Positions 11,239 through 20,116 of a stretch of 64,000 bases of DNA are shown here, one piece after another. The DNA lies in the IMG/VR virus record IMGVR_UViG_3300020178_000002, positions 124,001 to 188,000 of that record. One strand, 5' to 3'. The notes beneath the pieces were generated by a model that worked only from the letters and a program-made list of their open reading frames with translations, made no database searches and was not told the origin of the DNA. Both the position numbers and the translations under genes were made by a program. Each line of letters starts with the position of its first letter. The stretch's first letter is position 1.

Positions 11239-11795
11239 TATTTTCTCCATTCGATAAGTATTGGTGTGCAATCAGGATGGACAATGCCCCATCCTTTATA
11301 ATGAGCCATTTGTTCACCGACTTTAATAGTTTTGCCTGTCAAGATGCATGAGATATCAGACTTACATTCATATAGTTTAAAGGAGTCCATTTTAATTTTC
11401 TTGGAAACCTTTAAGCCTTTGAATGAGAAGCCAGCCTTAACAGCTTTTTCTTCAAGAGCTGCTTTCTTAGAGCGAGTTTCTTTTCTTGATGCATTGAGTA
11501 CAATCTTTTTCTCTTTGCACATATCACTGATCATGCAGTTTGCACATTCAGAATTTTTTGGGCTATATTTTGAGAAGCATTTTGTCTCTTCTTTCATAAT
11601 GCTAATTGCAAAGTCTTTTTGGTAAAGGTATTCTTCAGCATCAATAACAGGCACAGGTGTTTCTTTTTGTAGTGTCAATTCAACCAAGTTAAAGTCTGGG
11701 TAAAAAGAATTGACTGTACAATTGACAGGTGTTGGAAGACCTTTAAATTCATCATTTAAGATCTTTGAGCTTTCAATTAGGTTTAAGATAGTCAT
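11238..11795 (-). CDS. Cys-rich putative zinc-binding protein
   Basis: CF-x8-ECANC-x5-C cluster and a C-terminal C..C..HxxC cluster; AAGGAG SD. Confidence 0.65.
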   Translation of the reverse strand: MTILNLIESSKILNDEFKGLPTPVNCTVNSFYPDFNLVELTLQKETPVPVIDAEEYLYQKDFAISIMKEETKCFSKYSPKNSECANCMISDMCKEKKIVLNASRKETRSKKAALEEKAVKAGFSFKGLKVSKKIKMDSFKLYECKSDISCILTGKTIKVGEQMAHYKGWGIVHPDCTPILIEWRK

Positions 11796-11806
11796 AGCAA
11801 GTCTCC

Positions 11807-12982
11807 TTATAGGTCAATAGGACACTTGTTTTGATCTCCACCATTATCTTGAGTAGTCTCATCTTCCTTTGTGACTAAGAATACTTTTACAGCAGTCTCT
11901 AATACGCTTCGAGTATCCTTATCAAAACAGTGACCTGTCAGAAAGTCTAGTGTTTCTAGTGCTGCTTCATTGAATTCCATGTCATAAATTGACATGAAGT
12001 CTTCAATATGACCCAACCATGCTAGTCCTTGTCGGATTGAGCAATCTAGTGCTAGGTATTCTTCTCGAACAGCTTTTCGTAATGCTCTAGAGCATTGAAC
12101 AATAGTTTTAATATTGTCATTATGAACCTCTGGGAAGCTTGCTTGTAAGATGTTTTCTTCAAACTTAGCACTAGGGTGTGGGATATAGATAGCACTCATA
12201 CGATTGCTCATAGAGGTATCTTTTGATTGGTAATTCATACCACGACCACCATCACCATCAACACCAGAGTTTGATGTAAAGATAAAGCGAGTGCCTTTTA
12301 GGACTTTGAACATTTCACCTGTCAATGGACAAGTAAGCATTTCTTTACCTAGCTCACAGGCTTGGCGAAGTGCTTCAATTTGCTCTGAACCAGCTCTGTC
12401 ATAGTCCGAGATAAGTATAATGGCTGGGATTTGAATAATTGCGATTACTTTGTTCTCTGTTCTCTTATCTAGATGTACAGTCCACCCCTCATTTTCCATT
12501 TCAGCCACTACATCTTGGATAGCTTGTTCATCTAGCTGATCACCGCCCTCTAAAAGTAGGCTTAGATCTCGTTTGATGGTAATTCCTTGACTAGCATGTC
12601 GAAGCATACCAGAAATTTCTTCTGTTACAGTAGCTCCATTTTCCTCTTTCATAGTCATTCGGTTGATCCAACCGCTAGCATCACCATTTGTGTTAAAGTT
12701 AAACTGTGCAAATGGCAGATTCTTTCTTGCTGCAAGGTTAATAACAAACTCGTCTTTTCCTGTACCTGTCTCACCATTGATAATGAGGTGTTGCTTTTTG
12801 CTAAAAATGACAGCTTTTTGGAATGGGTTCAGTCGAGTATCATCTTCAACGTAGTTCTTTGTGGCTTTTGCCTGTTGGAAACCTGCTTTTTCAAACTCTT
12901 CTGGGAAGATTGGTGAAACAACTTGAGGAACACCAAAAAAGTTGAGTTTCTTAATAGTATTTGTTGATGCTTTGCTACGCAT
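11807..12982 (-). CDS. MoxR/CbbQ/CobS-type AAA+ ATPase
   Basis: Walker A GETGTGKD, Walker B-like ILISDYDRA, sensor FIFTSN, arginine finger SNRM, C-terminal SIRQ; next to a VWA gene. Confidence 0.85.
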   Translation of the reverse strand: MRSKASTNTIKKLNFFGVPQVVSPIFPEEFEKAGFQQAKATKNYVEDDTRLNPFQKAVIFSKKQHLIINGETGTGKDEFVINLAARKNLPFAQFNFNTNGDASGWINRMTMKEENGATVTEEISGMLRHASQGITIKRDLSLLLEGGDQLDEQAIQDVVAEMENEGWTVHLDKRTENKVIAIIQIPAIILISDYDRAGSEQIEALRQACELGKEMLTCPLTGEMFKVLKGTRFIFTSNSGVDGDGGRGMNYQSKDTSMSNRMSAIYIPHPSAKFEENILQASFPEVHNDNIKTIVQCSRALRKAVREEYLALDCSIRQGLAWLGHIEDFMSIYDMEFNEAALETLDFLTGHCFDKDTRSVLETAVKVFLVTKEDETTQDNGGDQNKCPIDL

Positions 12983-13012
12983 ATTTAAATTCCTTTTCTT
13001 TAAAGTTTTAAC

Positions 13013-13103
13013 TACCTCTACTTATCAAATAGGGAGTAGGGGGTATTAAAAAAGTTTGTTAAAAAAATCATGCCCCCTCAGGCTCATTTGATAAGTAGAG
13101 GTA
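13013..13103. promoter_or_regulatory. Divergent promoter pair (CCCCC-N9-TTTGATAA on each strand) forming an 18-bp inverted repeat
   Basis: TACCTCTACTTATCAAAT (13013-13030) is the exact reverse complement of ATTTGATAAGTAGAGGTA (13086-13103); each copy has a C5 run 9 nt upstream of TTTGATAA; located between divergent genes. Confidence 0.7.
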
Positions 13104-13121
13104 TAGACGAAAGGAAATTAA

Positions 13122-14339
13122 ATGAAACGTAATCCATATGAACAAAAACACCCCTATTCCAACATTCGAGGGGCTTTTTACTCGGTATTAAGCCAGATGC
13201 CTCAAGATGTGAACACATCAGTGACTCATTCGGGTCAAACGTTTGCAATAAGTGGCACTTTTAAGTGGCTAGACTTTAGTAGATTCATTACTGATTGTCA
13301 CAAAGACCATGTATATTCTACTTTAATTAACAGAAGAATCGTGAAGAAAGATGTGACTCTTTATATTGCATCAGAGTTTGTGCTAAATGTGTGTGGTCTT
13401 TCTCAAAGTGAGGCAATTGCAGCAGGCTTACATGAAGGTGGACATGCTTTATGTGATATGGCTGGTTCAGACTACCCTAGTAGACAAGAATTCGACCAAC
13501 ATATCCTGCCTTACATCACTAATGAGCCAAGAGTATATTCAAATTCAGATCTAGGTAAATGGGTTAATGTACTCGCTGATGGTCGCCTTGAAAATGGAAT
13601 CAGCTTACAGTTTCCAGATGTTGAGAGGTACTTTTATGCAATTCAAAATTGGGTACACCGATTAGAAGCAGAGAATAGAGGTCAAGAGGCATCAAGTGAC
13701 TTTATGATGGCTCTTCGAGATGCTGTCAAAGGTTGGGATAATGAATCAGCGAGAGAGGTCTGGGAAGAATACTTGCCAGAAGCAAGAGATCTTGTAGAGA
13801 AACTAAAGCCAATTTGGTCAAAGGTTCTTCCAAAGAACACTAATTGGAATGAAACAGCTCATTTGCCACTCCAAGCAGCCTTAGAGATCGTCAATGCGAT
13901 CAAAGATGAGTTTGAAAATGAAAGCAAAAACCAACAGGGTCAAGATTCTCAAGATTCTGGTGGTCAAGGTTCTGGAGATCAAGATTCTGGTGGTCAAGGT
14001 TCTGATGATCAAGATTCTGATGATCAAGGCTCTGATGATCAAGATTCTGAAAGCCAAGATTCTGAAAGCCAAGATTCTGAAAGCCAAGATTCTGATGATC
14101 AAGGTCAACAAGGTCAAGACCAACAAGGTCAACAGGGTCAAGGTTCTCAAGATTCTCAAGGTTCAAGCAAAAAAGGCACACTTGAGATGTTAGAAGACCT
14201 CCTAAATGGAGAGGGCAAAGCCTTAGACCCAAATTCAGGTATGGCTGAAAACATGAGGCAAGTAGAAGAAAAACTTGGTCACAAGATTTATGTGCCAAAC
14301 AACAAACCAATAACAGAAGAAAAAAGAAGATTAAAATGA
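13122..14339 (+). CDS. CobT-N-like / HExxH metallopeptidase-like partner of the AAA+ ATPase, with acidic linker
   Basis: LHEGGH (HExxH) and NVLADGRLE motifs typical of VWA-associated N-terminal domains; QDS/QGS low-complexity tail. Confidence 0.7.
   Translation: MKRNPYEQKHPYSNIRGAFYSVLSQMPQDVNTSVTHSGQTFAISGTFKWLDFSRFITDCHKDHVYSTLINRRIVKKDVTLYIASEFVLNVCGLSQSEAIAAGLHEGGHALCDMAGSDYPSRQEFDQHILPYITNEPRVYSNSDLGKWVNVLADGRLENGISLQFPDVERYFYAIQNWVHRLEAENRGQEASSDFMMALRDAVKGWDNESAREVWEEYLPEARDLVEKLKPIWSKVLPKNTNWNETAHLPLQAALEIVNAIKDEFENESKNQQGQDSQDSGGQGSGDQDSGGQGSDDQDSDDQGSDDQDSESQDSESQDSESQDSDDQGQQGQDQQGQQGQGSQDSQGSSKKGTLEMLEDLLNGEGKALDPNSGMAENMRQVEEKLGHKIYVPNNKPITEEKRRLK
13941..14166 (+). repeat. Coding 15-bp tandem repeats (QDSDD/QDSES/QGSDD)
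   Basis: Units such as CAAGATTCTGAAAGC x3 and CAAGATTCTGATGAT. Confidence 0.9.
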
Positions 14340-15106
14340 GCAGCAGTATTGAATTAAAGGAAGTTAAAAAGAACCTATTAAAAGGCTCAAACCAAGTAAG
14401 AAGAGCATTAGAAGATTATGCTCGTGACCACACCACATATAAAGAGGGTGTGACTTTTAACAATAATAGAATGGTGTCTGGAGTAGCCAAGTCTAAACGA
14501 GGCTTAATCGACAACAAATTGTACAACACAAGAAAAAATGTAATCAAAGTGCAAGCAGGATTTAGTTTTGCCAGCGACCATAGTTCATCACTTAATTGGC
14601 ATGGCGATTGGGGTCAGATTTGTAAGCTAATTGGAGGTCTGCATGACCTCTCTGACAAGCTAAACATCAAGTCTCAATCAGCTCTAGTTAGGTTTGATTA
14701 TGATTGGGACATAGAGGGTTGTTCATCTCGGGCTATACCTCACATGGTTAGATTATTAGACCATAATCAAAAGTGGAAAGACTCATATCTTCCTCAAATC
14801 AAGAATATCCGCCCAAAAGGTGGCACAAGCCTTATCTCCTATGCAGAAGCTGCACTTAGATTAGCTAGGGAGATCCCTGATTGTACTCACAGAGTAGCTT
14901 TTTTCCTCACAGATGGAGAGTGTTCAGAAAAGGTCTACTTAGAGAGCTTGCGTCAATCTGCAGCAGCAGAGGGCATCCATCTAGTAGGTATTGGGCTAGG
15001 TGTAAAAGGTAAGGGATTACCTAATGGCATTGATGGAAGAAGTGCCGAAGAAATCAGTTTAAAGATGTGCAAGATTTTAACAGAAGTAATAAAAGGAAAG
15101 AAATAA
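14336..15106 (+). CDS. von Willebrand factor A (VWA) domain protein, CobT-C-like
   Basis: MIDAS elements DHSSS, GGT and FLTDGE, plus HLVGIGLG; ATGA overlap with the upstream gene. Confidence 0.85.
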   Translation: MSSSIELKEVKKNLLKGSNQVRRALEDYARDHTTYKEGVTFNNNRMVSGVAKSKRGLIDNKLYNTRKNVIKVQAGFSFASDHSSSLNWHGDWGQICKLIGGLHDLSDKLNIKSQSALVRFDYDWDIEGCSSRAIPHMVRLLDHNQKWKDSYLPQIKNIRPKGGTSLISYAEAALRLAREIPDCTHRVAFFLTDGECSEKVYLESLRQSAAAEGIHLVGIGLGVKGKGLPNGIDGRSAEEISLKMCKILTEVIKGKK

Positions 15107-15627
15107 TGAACCACCCACAAGTAGAATGTAGAAACAACAATTTAAATTACTTATTCACACTCAACCTCAAAGCTAGCTATAAAGACATCTTACAGCGTAG
15201 ACTAGCTATTCTGGAAGCTTGGGCTAGCAACCATAGCTTAGAGTCAGCCACAGAGCTAATCAATAACTCTATGAATGGCTACAGGGCAAAGCCAAAAGAG
15301 GTACAAAAAGCAATCTTTGGAACAAGAGGGATGATTACTTCAATCCGAAACTCTTTAAGTCGTCAAGGAAACTCTTACAATCCTTACCGACAAGTAAAGT
15401 TGGTTCGTAAAGAAGGTACTCCTTTCCTTGAAGAGCTAGGTACAAACCAACTCTGGATTCGAGGTGAGGTTATTAAAGGTCAAGCTCCACAGAAGAAAGT
15501 AAGTAATGTGCTGACTGCCATTAGACAGTGTGTAGAAAGCAACTTAAACCTACCTCTCTATATCCGCCATAAGATTGTAGAACATGATGAGACAGTTTGC
15601 CGAGATGCAAATGGAAACCCAGTATAA
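15106..15627 (+). CDS. Hypothetical protein
   Basis: Start moved to ATG 15106 (TAATG overlap with the VWA stop, AAAGGA SD). Confidence 0.7.
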   Translation: MNHPQVECRNNNLNYLFTLNLKASYKDILQRRLAILEAWASNHSLESATELINNSMNGYRAKPKEVQKAIFGTRGMITSIRNSLSRQGNSYNPYRQVKLVRKEGTPFLEELGTNQLWIRGEVIKGQAPQKKVSNVLTAIRQCVESNLNLPLYIRHKIVEHDETVCRDANGNPV

Positions 15628-15641
15628 AAGGAGATTAAACA

Positions 15642-16439
15642 ATGACTAGTTACTACAAAACAGTAAAAACAAATACATTCCTGATCCTAAATGAAAAAGG
15701 TCTGGCCATGACTAAGAAAGATATTGTAGCTGAATATCTAAGTCGTGATAGTTCACCAGAACACAACCAGGACAAGAAGCTATACAATAACATCAGTCAA
15801 GCTCTTAACAAGTTTAAGAAGCAAGGGTATATCATTAGCCCTGCTCGGGCTACCTATCAAATCAAAGAGGTTATTACAGACCTACAAACACTTGTAGACA
15901 GCAACAAAGACTTAGTGGCCACCAGCTTTGTTAGTCACAACCCTCAACCTACTACAACTACAGTAGTAGAGGAAGAAGCTACCACTACAGAGGAAGTACT
16001 CTATGTAGAGATCCCAGACCCTATTATTGAAGATCCTTTCTATATGGAGGAAGAAACAGTCATTCTTCCAGAGTGCGTATATTCCCCTCTGTCGCTAGAA
16101 GTTAGTCTGACTAATGGTAAGACCCTCACAGGAACTTATGAAGTGGCTAGACATGAAAATAACTTGCTTATTAAGAGTGGAGACAGAGTAGCGATTGTAT
16201 CTATGGAAGTAGAAGCCAATTCAGAGCATGATGCTATTAACACCTTTGTTGAGAAGGTAGTTGAAGACTTTCACCATGCACCTAATGATGTATATGGGGC
16301 TGAGAGATTCTGCAAAGTTCTTATGGTATGTGTTGACGCTCACAAGCATGACAGCCCATTAGGGGGGCTTGCTGATGACTGTCAAGACTCACTATGTCCT
16401 ATTCATAGCATTTGGTCTGATAAAGTAAAGATTGTCTAG
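15642..16439 (+). CDS. Protein with probable N-terminal winged-helix domain and C-terminal Cys/His cluster
   Basis: MTKKDIV...YNNISQALNKFKKQGYIISPARATYQI fits a wHTH pattern; C-terminal CVDAH...CQDSLCPIH; AAGGAG SD. Confidence 0.55.
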   Translation: MTSYYKTVKTNTFLILNEKGLAMTKKDIVAEYLSRDSSPEHNQDKKLYNNISQALNKFKKQGYIISPARATYQIKEVITDLQTLVDSNKDLVATSFVSHNPQPTTTTVVEEEATTTEEVLYVEIPDPIIEDPFYMEEETVILPECVYSPLSLEVSLTNGKTLTGTYEVARHENNLLIKSGDRVAIVSMEVEANSEHDAINTFVEKVVEDFHHAPNDVYGAERFCKVLMVCVDAHKHDSPLGGLADDCQDSLCPIHSIWSDKVKIV

Positions 16440-16448
16440 GAGGTTAAT

Positions 16449-16868
16449 ATGGAAGTTTTATATTGGGGTAAAGGAAGAGTTCGCTGCTTTGTAAATAGCA
16501 ACAGGAGCATCATTGTTCATTGGGGAAGAAAATCTGAACCTACTATAGAGATTAAAGGGGCTGAGATTCAGAGTGAAACAAAAGACTATATCTTATTGAG
16601 TGAACTGTCTTCTTCTGGAAGAGTCTCTGTGTCAGGTGCATCCTTTAGCTGGATGCCCGATGGCGATAGGACTCTTTTTGTCGATAACACAGGCCGAAAG
16701 CTATGGGCTAACTCTGTTGAGGTAGTAGAGGAAGAATACTTGACAGAAGAAGAAAAGCTGCAAGGGCTTAAGAAGCAACAGTTGAAAGCAAGATCTAATA
16801 GAGGTTCTCTTGTCGTTTCTTTCTGTATGCTTGCTCTTGTCGCTTACTTGCTAAGAGGATGTTTCTAA
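16449..16868 (+). CDS. Hypothetical protein with C-terminal membrane anchor
   Basis: AGGAGG SD; hydrophobic LVVSFCMLALVAYLL at the C-terminus. Confidence 0.7.
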   Translation: MEVLYWGKGRVRCFVNSNRSIIVHWGRKSEPTIEIKGAEIQSETKDYILLSELSSSGRVSVSGASFSWMPDGDRTLFVDNTGRKLWANSVEVVEEEYLTEEEKLQGLKKQQLKARSNRGSLVVSFCMLALVAYLLRGCF

Positions 16869-16869
16869 G

Positions 16870-16891
16870 CCCCCCCTGTTCTCTTTGATAA
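16870..16891 (+). promoter_or_regulatory. CCCCC-N9-TTTGATAA promoter-like motif
   Basis: Same motif as 13073-13094; 30 nt upstream of ATG 16921. Confidence 0.6.
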
Positions 16892-16920
16892 GGAGTGGTG
16901 AACATAGAAAGGATTTTATT

Positions 16921-17361
16921 ATGGTATACGATATGATTATGAACACGTTAGAGTCGCCCTTACTTTTGGGCACTGCTGCTTTCCTAGTGCTGACTGCTCT
17001 AGTGAAGCTACTAAGACCCAGCTCTGTTGAAGCACAGTTTAGAGATATGGTTGATCTCGATCTTTCCTCTCATGTTAGAGAGAAGATTCTTGAGATTCAG
17101 GAGAAGCACCCAGAGAGCTGTCGCTCTTGTTATGCCACTGCTACTAACCCTCTGTTCTTGACTGATGATTCCGAAGAGGAAGAGTGTCCTGATTGCTATG
17201 CGATTGGGCTTGACCCTTATGATACGGATAAGAAGCTGAAGAAGCAGGGTCAGTATATGGTGTCTACCCTGTATGGTGTAGATCCTCTTTACCGAGGGTA
17301 CTCGCTGCCAGGTGGTAAGCTACTTGCCATGATCGAAGATGATATGTCTGAAGATGATTGA
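16921..17361 (+). CDS. Membrane-anchored protein with two CxxC motifs
   Basis: Start moved to ATG 16921 (AAAGGA SD); N-terminal hydrophobic helix; CRSC and CPDC. Confidence 0.7.
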   Translation: MVYDMIMNTLESPLLLGTAAFLVLTALVKLLRPSSVEAQFRDMVDLDLSSHVREKILEIQEKHPESCRSCYATATNPLFLTDDSEEEECPDCYAIGLDPYDTDKKLKKQGQYMVSTLYGVDPLYRGYSLPGGKLLAMIEDDMSEDD

Positions 17362-17496
17362 GTCTCGCTTGAGTCTCGATCTCTCAGAACCCGAACAAAA
17401 AAACAATGGGCGGTTTGGGACTCCCCAAATAGCCATATTGAAAACGTATTGAAAATGACAGGTCGAATTTGAAACCATGTTTAAACGATGGTTTCC

Positions 17497-17534
17497 ATGC
17501 CCCTTTGAGCCGATGGCTCTGGGGGCATTTTTTT
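17497..17534 (+). terminator. Intrinsic terminator
   Basis: ATGCCCCT..GAGCC-GAT-GGCTC.GGGGGCAT followed by a T run. Confidence 0.8.
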
Positions 17535-17550
17535 ATAGAGAGGATTTATT

Positions 17551-17904
17551 ATGAAAGATAGAGAGTACACAGAGATTGTTAATGGCAAGAGAGTAGCTCA
17601 CCAAGAATTGATTTTATATTATTATCGTGAAGATCGCAAAGTGGTCATAAGCAAAGTGCTTAAAGAGTTGAATTTCGTAGAGGTTGAGGGCTTAGTATCT
17701 AATGATGTGTATTTCATTAACTCTAAGGACTGTGATCTTAGAGTTAAATGGACATTTCCTACTCAACTAGAAATTGGATTTTGTAGTATTGAGAAGGAAG
17801 TTTGGTTTGATGATGAAGAAGATTCTTATAGAGACTTCAAATTTGTGAAAAGGTTTATTGAGGCAGTTAGGCAATGTTGGGAGGGTGTAGAAGATGTTGG
17901 GTGA
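17551..17904 (+). CDS. YTExVNGKR...IRxxW family small protein
   Basis: YTEIVNGKRV, VLKELNF, VRQCW. Confidence 0.8.
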   Translation: MKDREYTEIVNGKRVAHQELILYYYREDRKVVISKVLKELNFVEVEGLVSNDVYFINSKDCDLRVKWTFPTQLEIGFCSIEKEVWFDDEEDSYRDFKFVKRFIEAVRQCWEGVEDVG

Positions 17905-18035
17905 TTATACGGAAGTAGTTAATGGTAAGAGAGTCCCTTTAAAGCATTTAAAGGGTGAGATACCATCGTATGTATCTTTATGACATAGTGAGTTGTATCC
18001 TTAGAGACATAAGAGCAGCTTGGGAAAAGGGTTAG
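17894..18035 (+). pseudogene. Internally deleted, frameshifted member of the YTExVNGKR...IRxxW family
   Basis: ATG 17894 gives MLGDYTEVVNGKRVPL... with a stop at 17983; the +1 frame reads ...ILRDIRAAWEKG-stop 18035. Confidence 0.7.
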
Positions 18036-18143
18036 TCTCTCAGGAGGGGGGGGTCTTATATATGAGCGTTTTTGGAAAAGCGGTGTTGAAGAAGTGGTCT
18101 CATATATTATTTGGGTTTGTGGATTTTGGGTTTGATTTTGAAA

Positions 18144-18196
18144 GGGGGTTTTAGATTTTTCTAAGCCCCCTTTTTTGTTTTGATAATAAGGGTAAA
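18144..18196 (+). promoter_or_regulatory. Terminator-like hairpin fused to the CCCC-N8/9-TTTGATAA promoter motif (copy 1)
   Basis: GGGGG..TTAG/CTAA.CCCCC hairpin plus T run; 18167-18196 is identical to 18982-19011 (30 bp). Confidence 0.65.
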
Positions 18197-18214
18197 CATA
18201 AGAAAGGATTTAAG

Positions 18215-18613
18215 ATGGTATTTATTTACAGCAACAATTTCGGACATCTTGCACATAAGAGATTTTTTGATGTCTTGGAAGTGAATGGGGGAGAGGTATT
18301 AGCAAAGCTTGACAGTGGTGAGGATTTGCTAGTTTGCTTTGATGGTTTCTTAACAGAATTAGCAAATGGTCATGTGGTTTATGATGTGGGAGTATTTGAC
18401 CCAGAGAAGAGTTATGAGGATCTGGACAAGTACTATGGTTTGATAGTGGGGGATGTCTTACATATCAGCAAGTCATTCTCTGAGATAGAGAATAAGGCTT
18501 TTGATATGGGAGAGGGTCTTAACTTGGACAAGGCTGGTTCAGAGTTGGACAAGATAGAGGATTTGGAATCAGAATTGAAGTTGAAGAAAGAGAGGCTTGG
18601 TTATGTTAGGTGA
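18215..18613 (+). CDS. Hypothetical protein
   Basis: 132-aa ORF with AAAGGA SD, downstream of the promoter motif. Confidence 0.75.
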   Translation: MVFIYSNNFGHLAHKRFFDVLEVNGGEVLAKLDSGEDLLVCFDGFLTELANGHVVYDVGVFDPEKSYEDLDKYYGLIVGDVLHISKSFSEIENKAFDMGEGLNLDKAGSELDKIEDLESELKLKKERLGYVR

Positions 18614-18941
18614 TTTTACTCAAGTGGTTGATGGTAAGAGGGTAGCTCTTGAGAGTTTGAAGAATGAGTTCTTTTCAGATGATATTTTTGATCTTCAATT
18701 TACTTTATTCAAAGAGCTTAATTTTATATTTGTTGGTGAGGAGTCTGGTCTTAGTACCTACAGACATGCAGTGGACTCGTCATTAGAGATAGTTTATGAA
18801 TATGATAACACTTTTGCTTTTAAGTATAAGGATAGTTTTTTAAGGATTGAGCTTAAGAATGGTATTTGTGTTTATGATGGTGTTGAGACTTTTCTATCGA
18901 GTATAAGATCTGTTTGGGCTAAGGGAAAAGACTCACATTAA
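18603..18941 (+). CDS. YTExVNGKR...IRxxW family small protein
   Basis: ATG 18603; FTQVVDGKRV, LFKELNF, IRSVW. Confidence 0.8.
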   Translation: MLGDFTQVVDGKRVALESLKNEFFSDDIFDLQFTLFKELNFIFVGEESGLSTYRHAVDSSLEIVYEYDNTFAFKYKDSFLRIELKNGICVYDGVETFLSSIRSVWAKGKDSH

Positions 18942-18959
18942 GTTTGTGGTTTTGGGAGT

Positions 18960-19011
18960 GGGGGGGTTTAGAAAAAACTAACCCCTTTTTTGTTTTGATA
19001 ATAAGGGTAAA
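18960..19011 (+). promoter_or_regulatory. Terminator-like hairpin fused to the promoter motif (copy 2)
   Basis: GGGGTTTAG-A6-CTAACCCC plus T run plus TTTGATAATAAGGGTAAA. Confidence 0.65.
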
Positions 19012-19037
19012 TGGAACGATTAAAGGAGATTAAGATT

Positions 19038-19283
19038 ATGGATAGATTTTTAAGTTTAGTATCTTTGTTCTTTTTCCTCTTGGGTATATCTTGTTTTGGC
19101 AATTTGCCTATGCCTTACAAGGGTGGTTCAACAGGATATATTTGTGAGGGTTACGAGGGTATTCAGTTAGTAGAGATGATGACAACGAACAGTAGAAAGT
19201 TTTTTGGAGAAGACAAGGTGCTGTCTTATGCCTATATATATAAGACATGTGAGATAGTGGAGTTACCGACAAATGGGAATTAA
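19038..19283 (+). CDS. Putative small lipoprotein
   Basis: Start moved to ATG 19038 (AAGGAG SD); hydrophobic signal ending LGISC (lipobox-like). Confidence 0.6.
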   Translation: MDRFLSLVSLFFFLLGISCFGNLPMPYKGGSTGYICEGYEGIQLVEMMTTNSRKFFGEDKVLSYAYIYKTCEIVELPTNGN

Positions 19284-19452
19284 GATAATTTACACAGTAT
19301 TAGCTTTTGTATTTGGTTACTTGGCATTGGGTTTCTTTTTAGAGAGGTCAATAAATAAGAATGGTTTTTGGAGTATGGCGAACTTGAAGTTGATCTTTTA
19401 TTTCAATGTTGTATTTGCTGGTTTGTTTTACTACTTGAGGTATTGGCTATGA
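19273..19452 (+). CDS. 59-aa two-helix membrane protein (not in the ORF track)
   Basis: Manual translation MGIKIIYTVLAFVFGYLALGFFLERSINKNGFWSMANLKLIFYFNVVFAGLFYYLRYWL; fills the gap, GGAG SD, ATGA overlap with the next gene. Confidence 0.65.
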   Translation: MGIKIIYTVLAFVFGYLALGFFLERSINKNGFWSMANLKLIFYFNVVFAGLFYYLRYWL

Positions 19453-19799
19453 GATACACAAAGGTAGAGAATGGCCAGAGGGTTTGGTCTTCAGATTCCG
19501 CAGCTATGACTTTATATCAAGATGCACGAATGGATGCAGGTGGTTTAGGTTCAAGTTATTTTAATGTTATGCTTAAACATGCTTTATTGGAGTGTGGTTT
19601 TAAAGAGCTTGCGGAGAATACTCTGATATATGTGCTTGGTGATCCTCCATTGGGTTCACCTCTTCTTGGAGGTCGTGTGCAGATAATGACTTACAATAAT
19701 TTGTATAGGAAGAAGATATCTGTAGCGAGTGAAAAAGGTTTGGAAGAGGTTAAGGACATATTGCAGTTATTTGATTTAATAAGGAGTCATTGGAAATGA
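19449..19799 (+). CDS. YTExVNGKR...IRxxW family small protein
   Basis: Start moved to ATG 19449 (GAGGT SD); YTKVENGQRVW, ALLECGF, IRSHWK. Confidence 0.8.
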   Translation: MRYTKVENGQRVWSSDSAAMTLYQDARMDAGGLGSSYFNVMLKHALLECGFKELAENTLIYVLGDPPLGSPLLGGRVQIMTYNNLYRKKISVASEKGLEEVKDILQLFDLIRSHWK

Positions 19800-20116
19800 G
19801 TTTAACAGAGGTAGTTAATGGTAAGAGGGATTGGGCTGAAGTGTTTTTGCCAGCATATCTAAACAGGACACTTATGGCATCTAATTTGGATATGCATATG
19901 ATAGGTGAGGTTTTAGAGGAGTGTGGCTTCTCGAAAGAGTATGGCAAAGAGCTTTGGTTTCTGGGAGAGCCTTTTTGTGATCATATGAGGGGTCAGATAG
20001 AAATACTCTCATCTGGTCAGGGTCAGGGGATTTCTATAAGGTCATCAGAGCACATGGAAACGATCACAGATTTTAATTTATTTTTTGAGAAGATTAGGGA
20101 ACATTGGGAGTTATGA
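19796..20116 (+). CDS. YTExVNGKR...IRxxW family small protein
   Basis: ATG 19796 (ATGA overlap); LTEVVNGKRDW, VLEECGF, IREHW. Confidence 0.8.
   Translation: MSLTEVVNGKRDWAEVFLPAYLNRTLMASNLDMHMIGEVLEECGFSKEYGKELWFLGEPFCDHMRGQIEILSSGQGQGISIRSSEHMETITDFNLFFEKIREHWEL

Noticed and set aside
13941-14166. Possible CRISPR array or other spacer-repeat array
   Set aside because: Repeats are contiguous, in frame and without unique spacers; no cas genes. No CRISPR array was seen anywhere in the window.
13881-14310. Alternative-frame and antisense ORFs over the QDS repeat
   Set aside because: By-products of a stop-free 15-bp coding repeat; no RBS.
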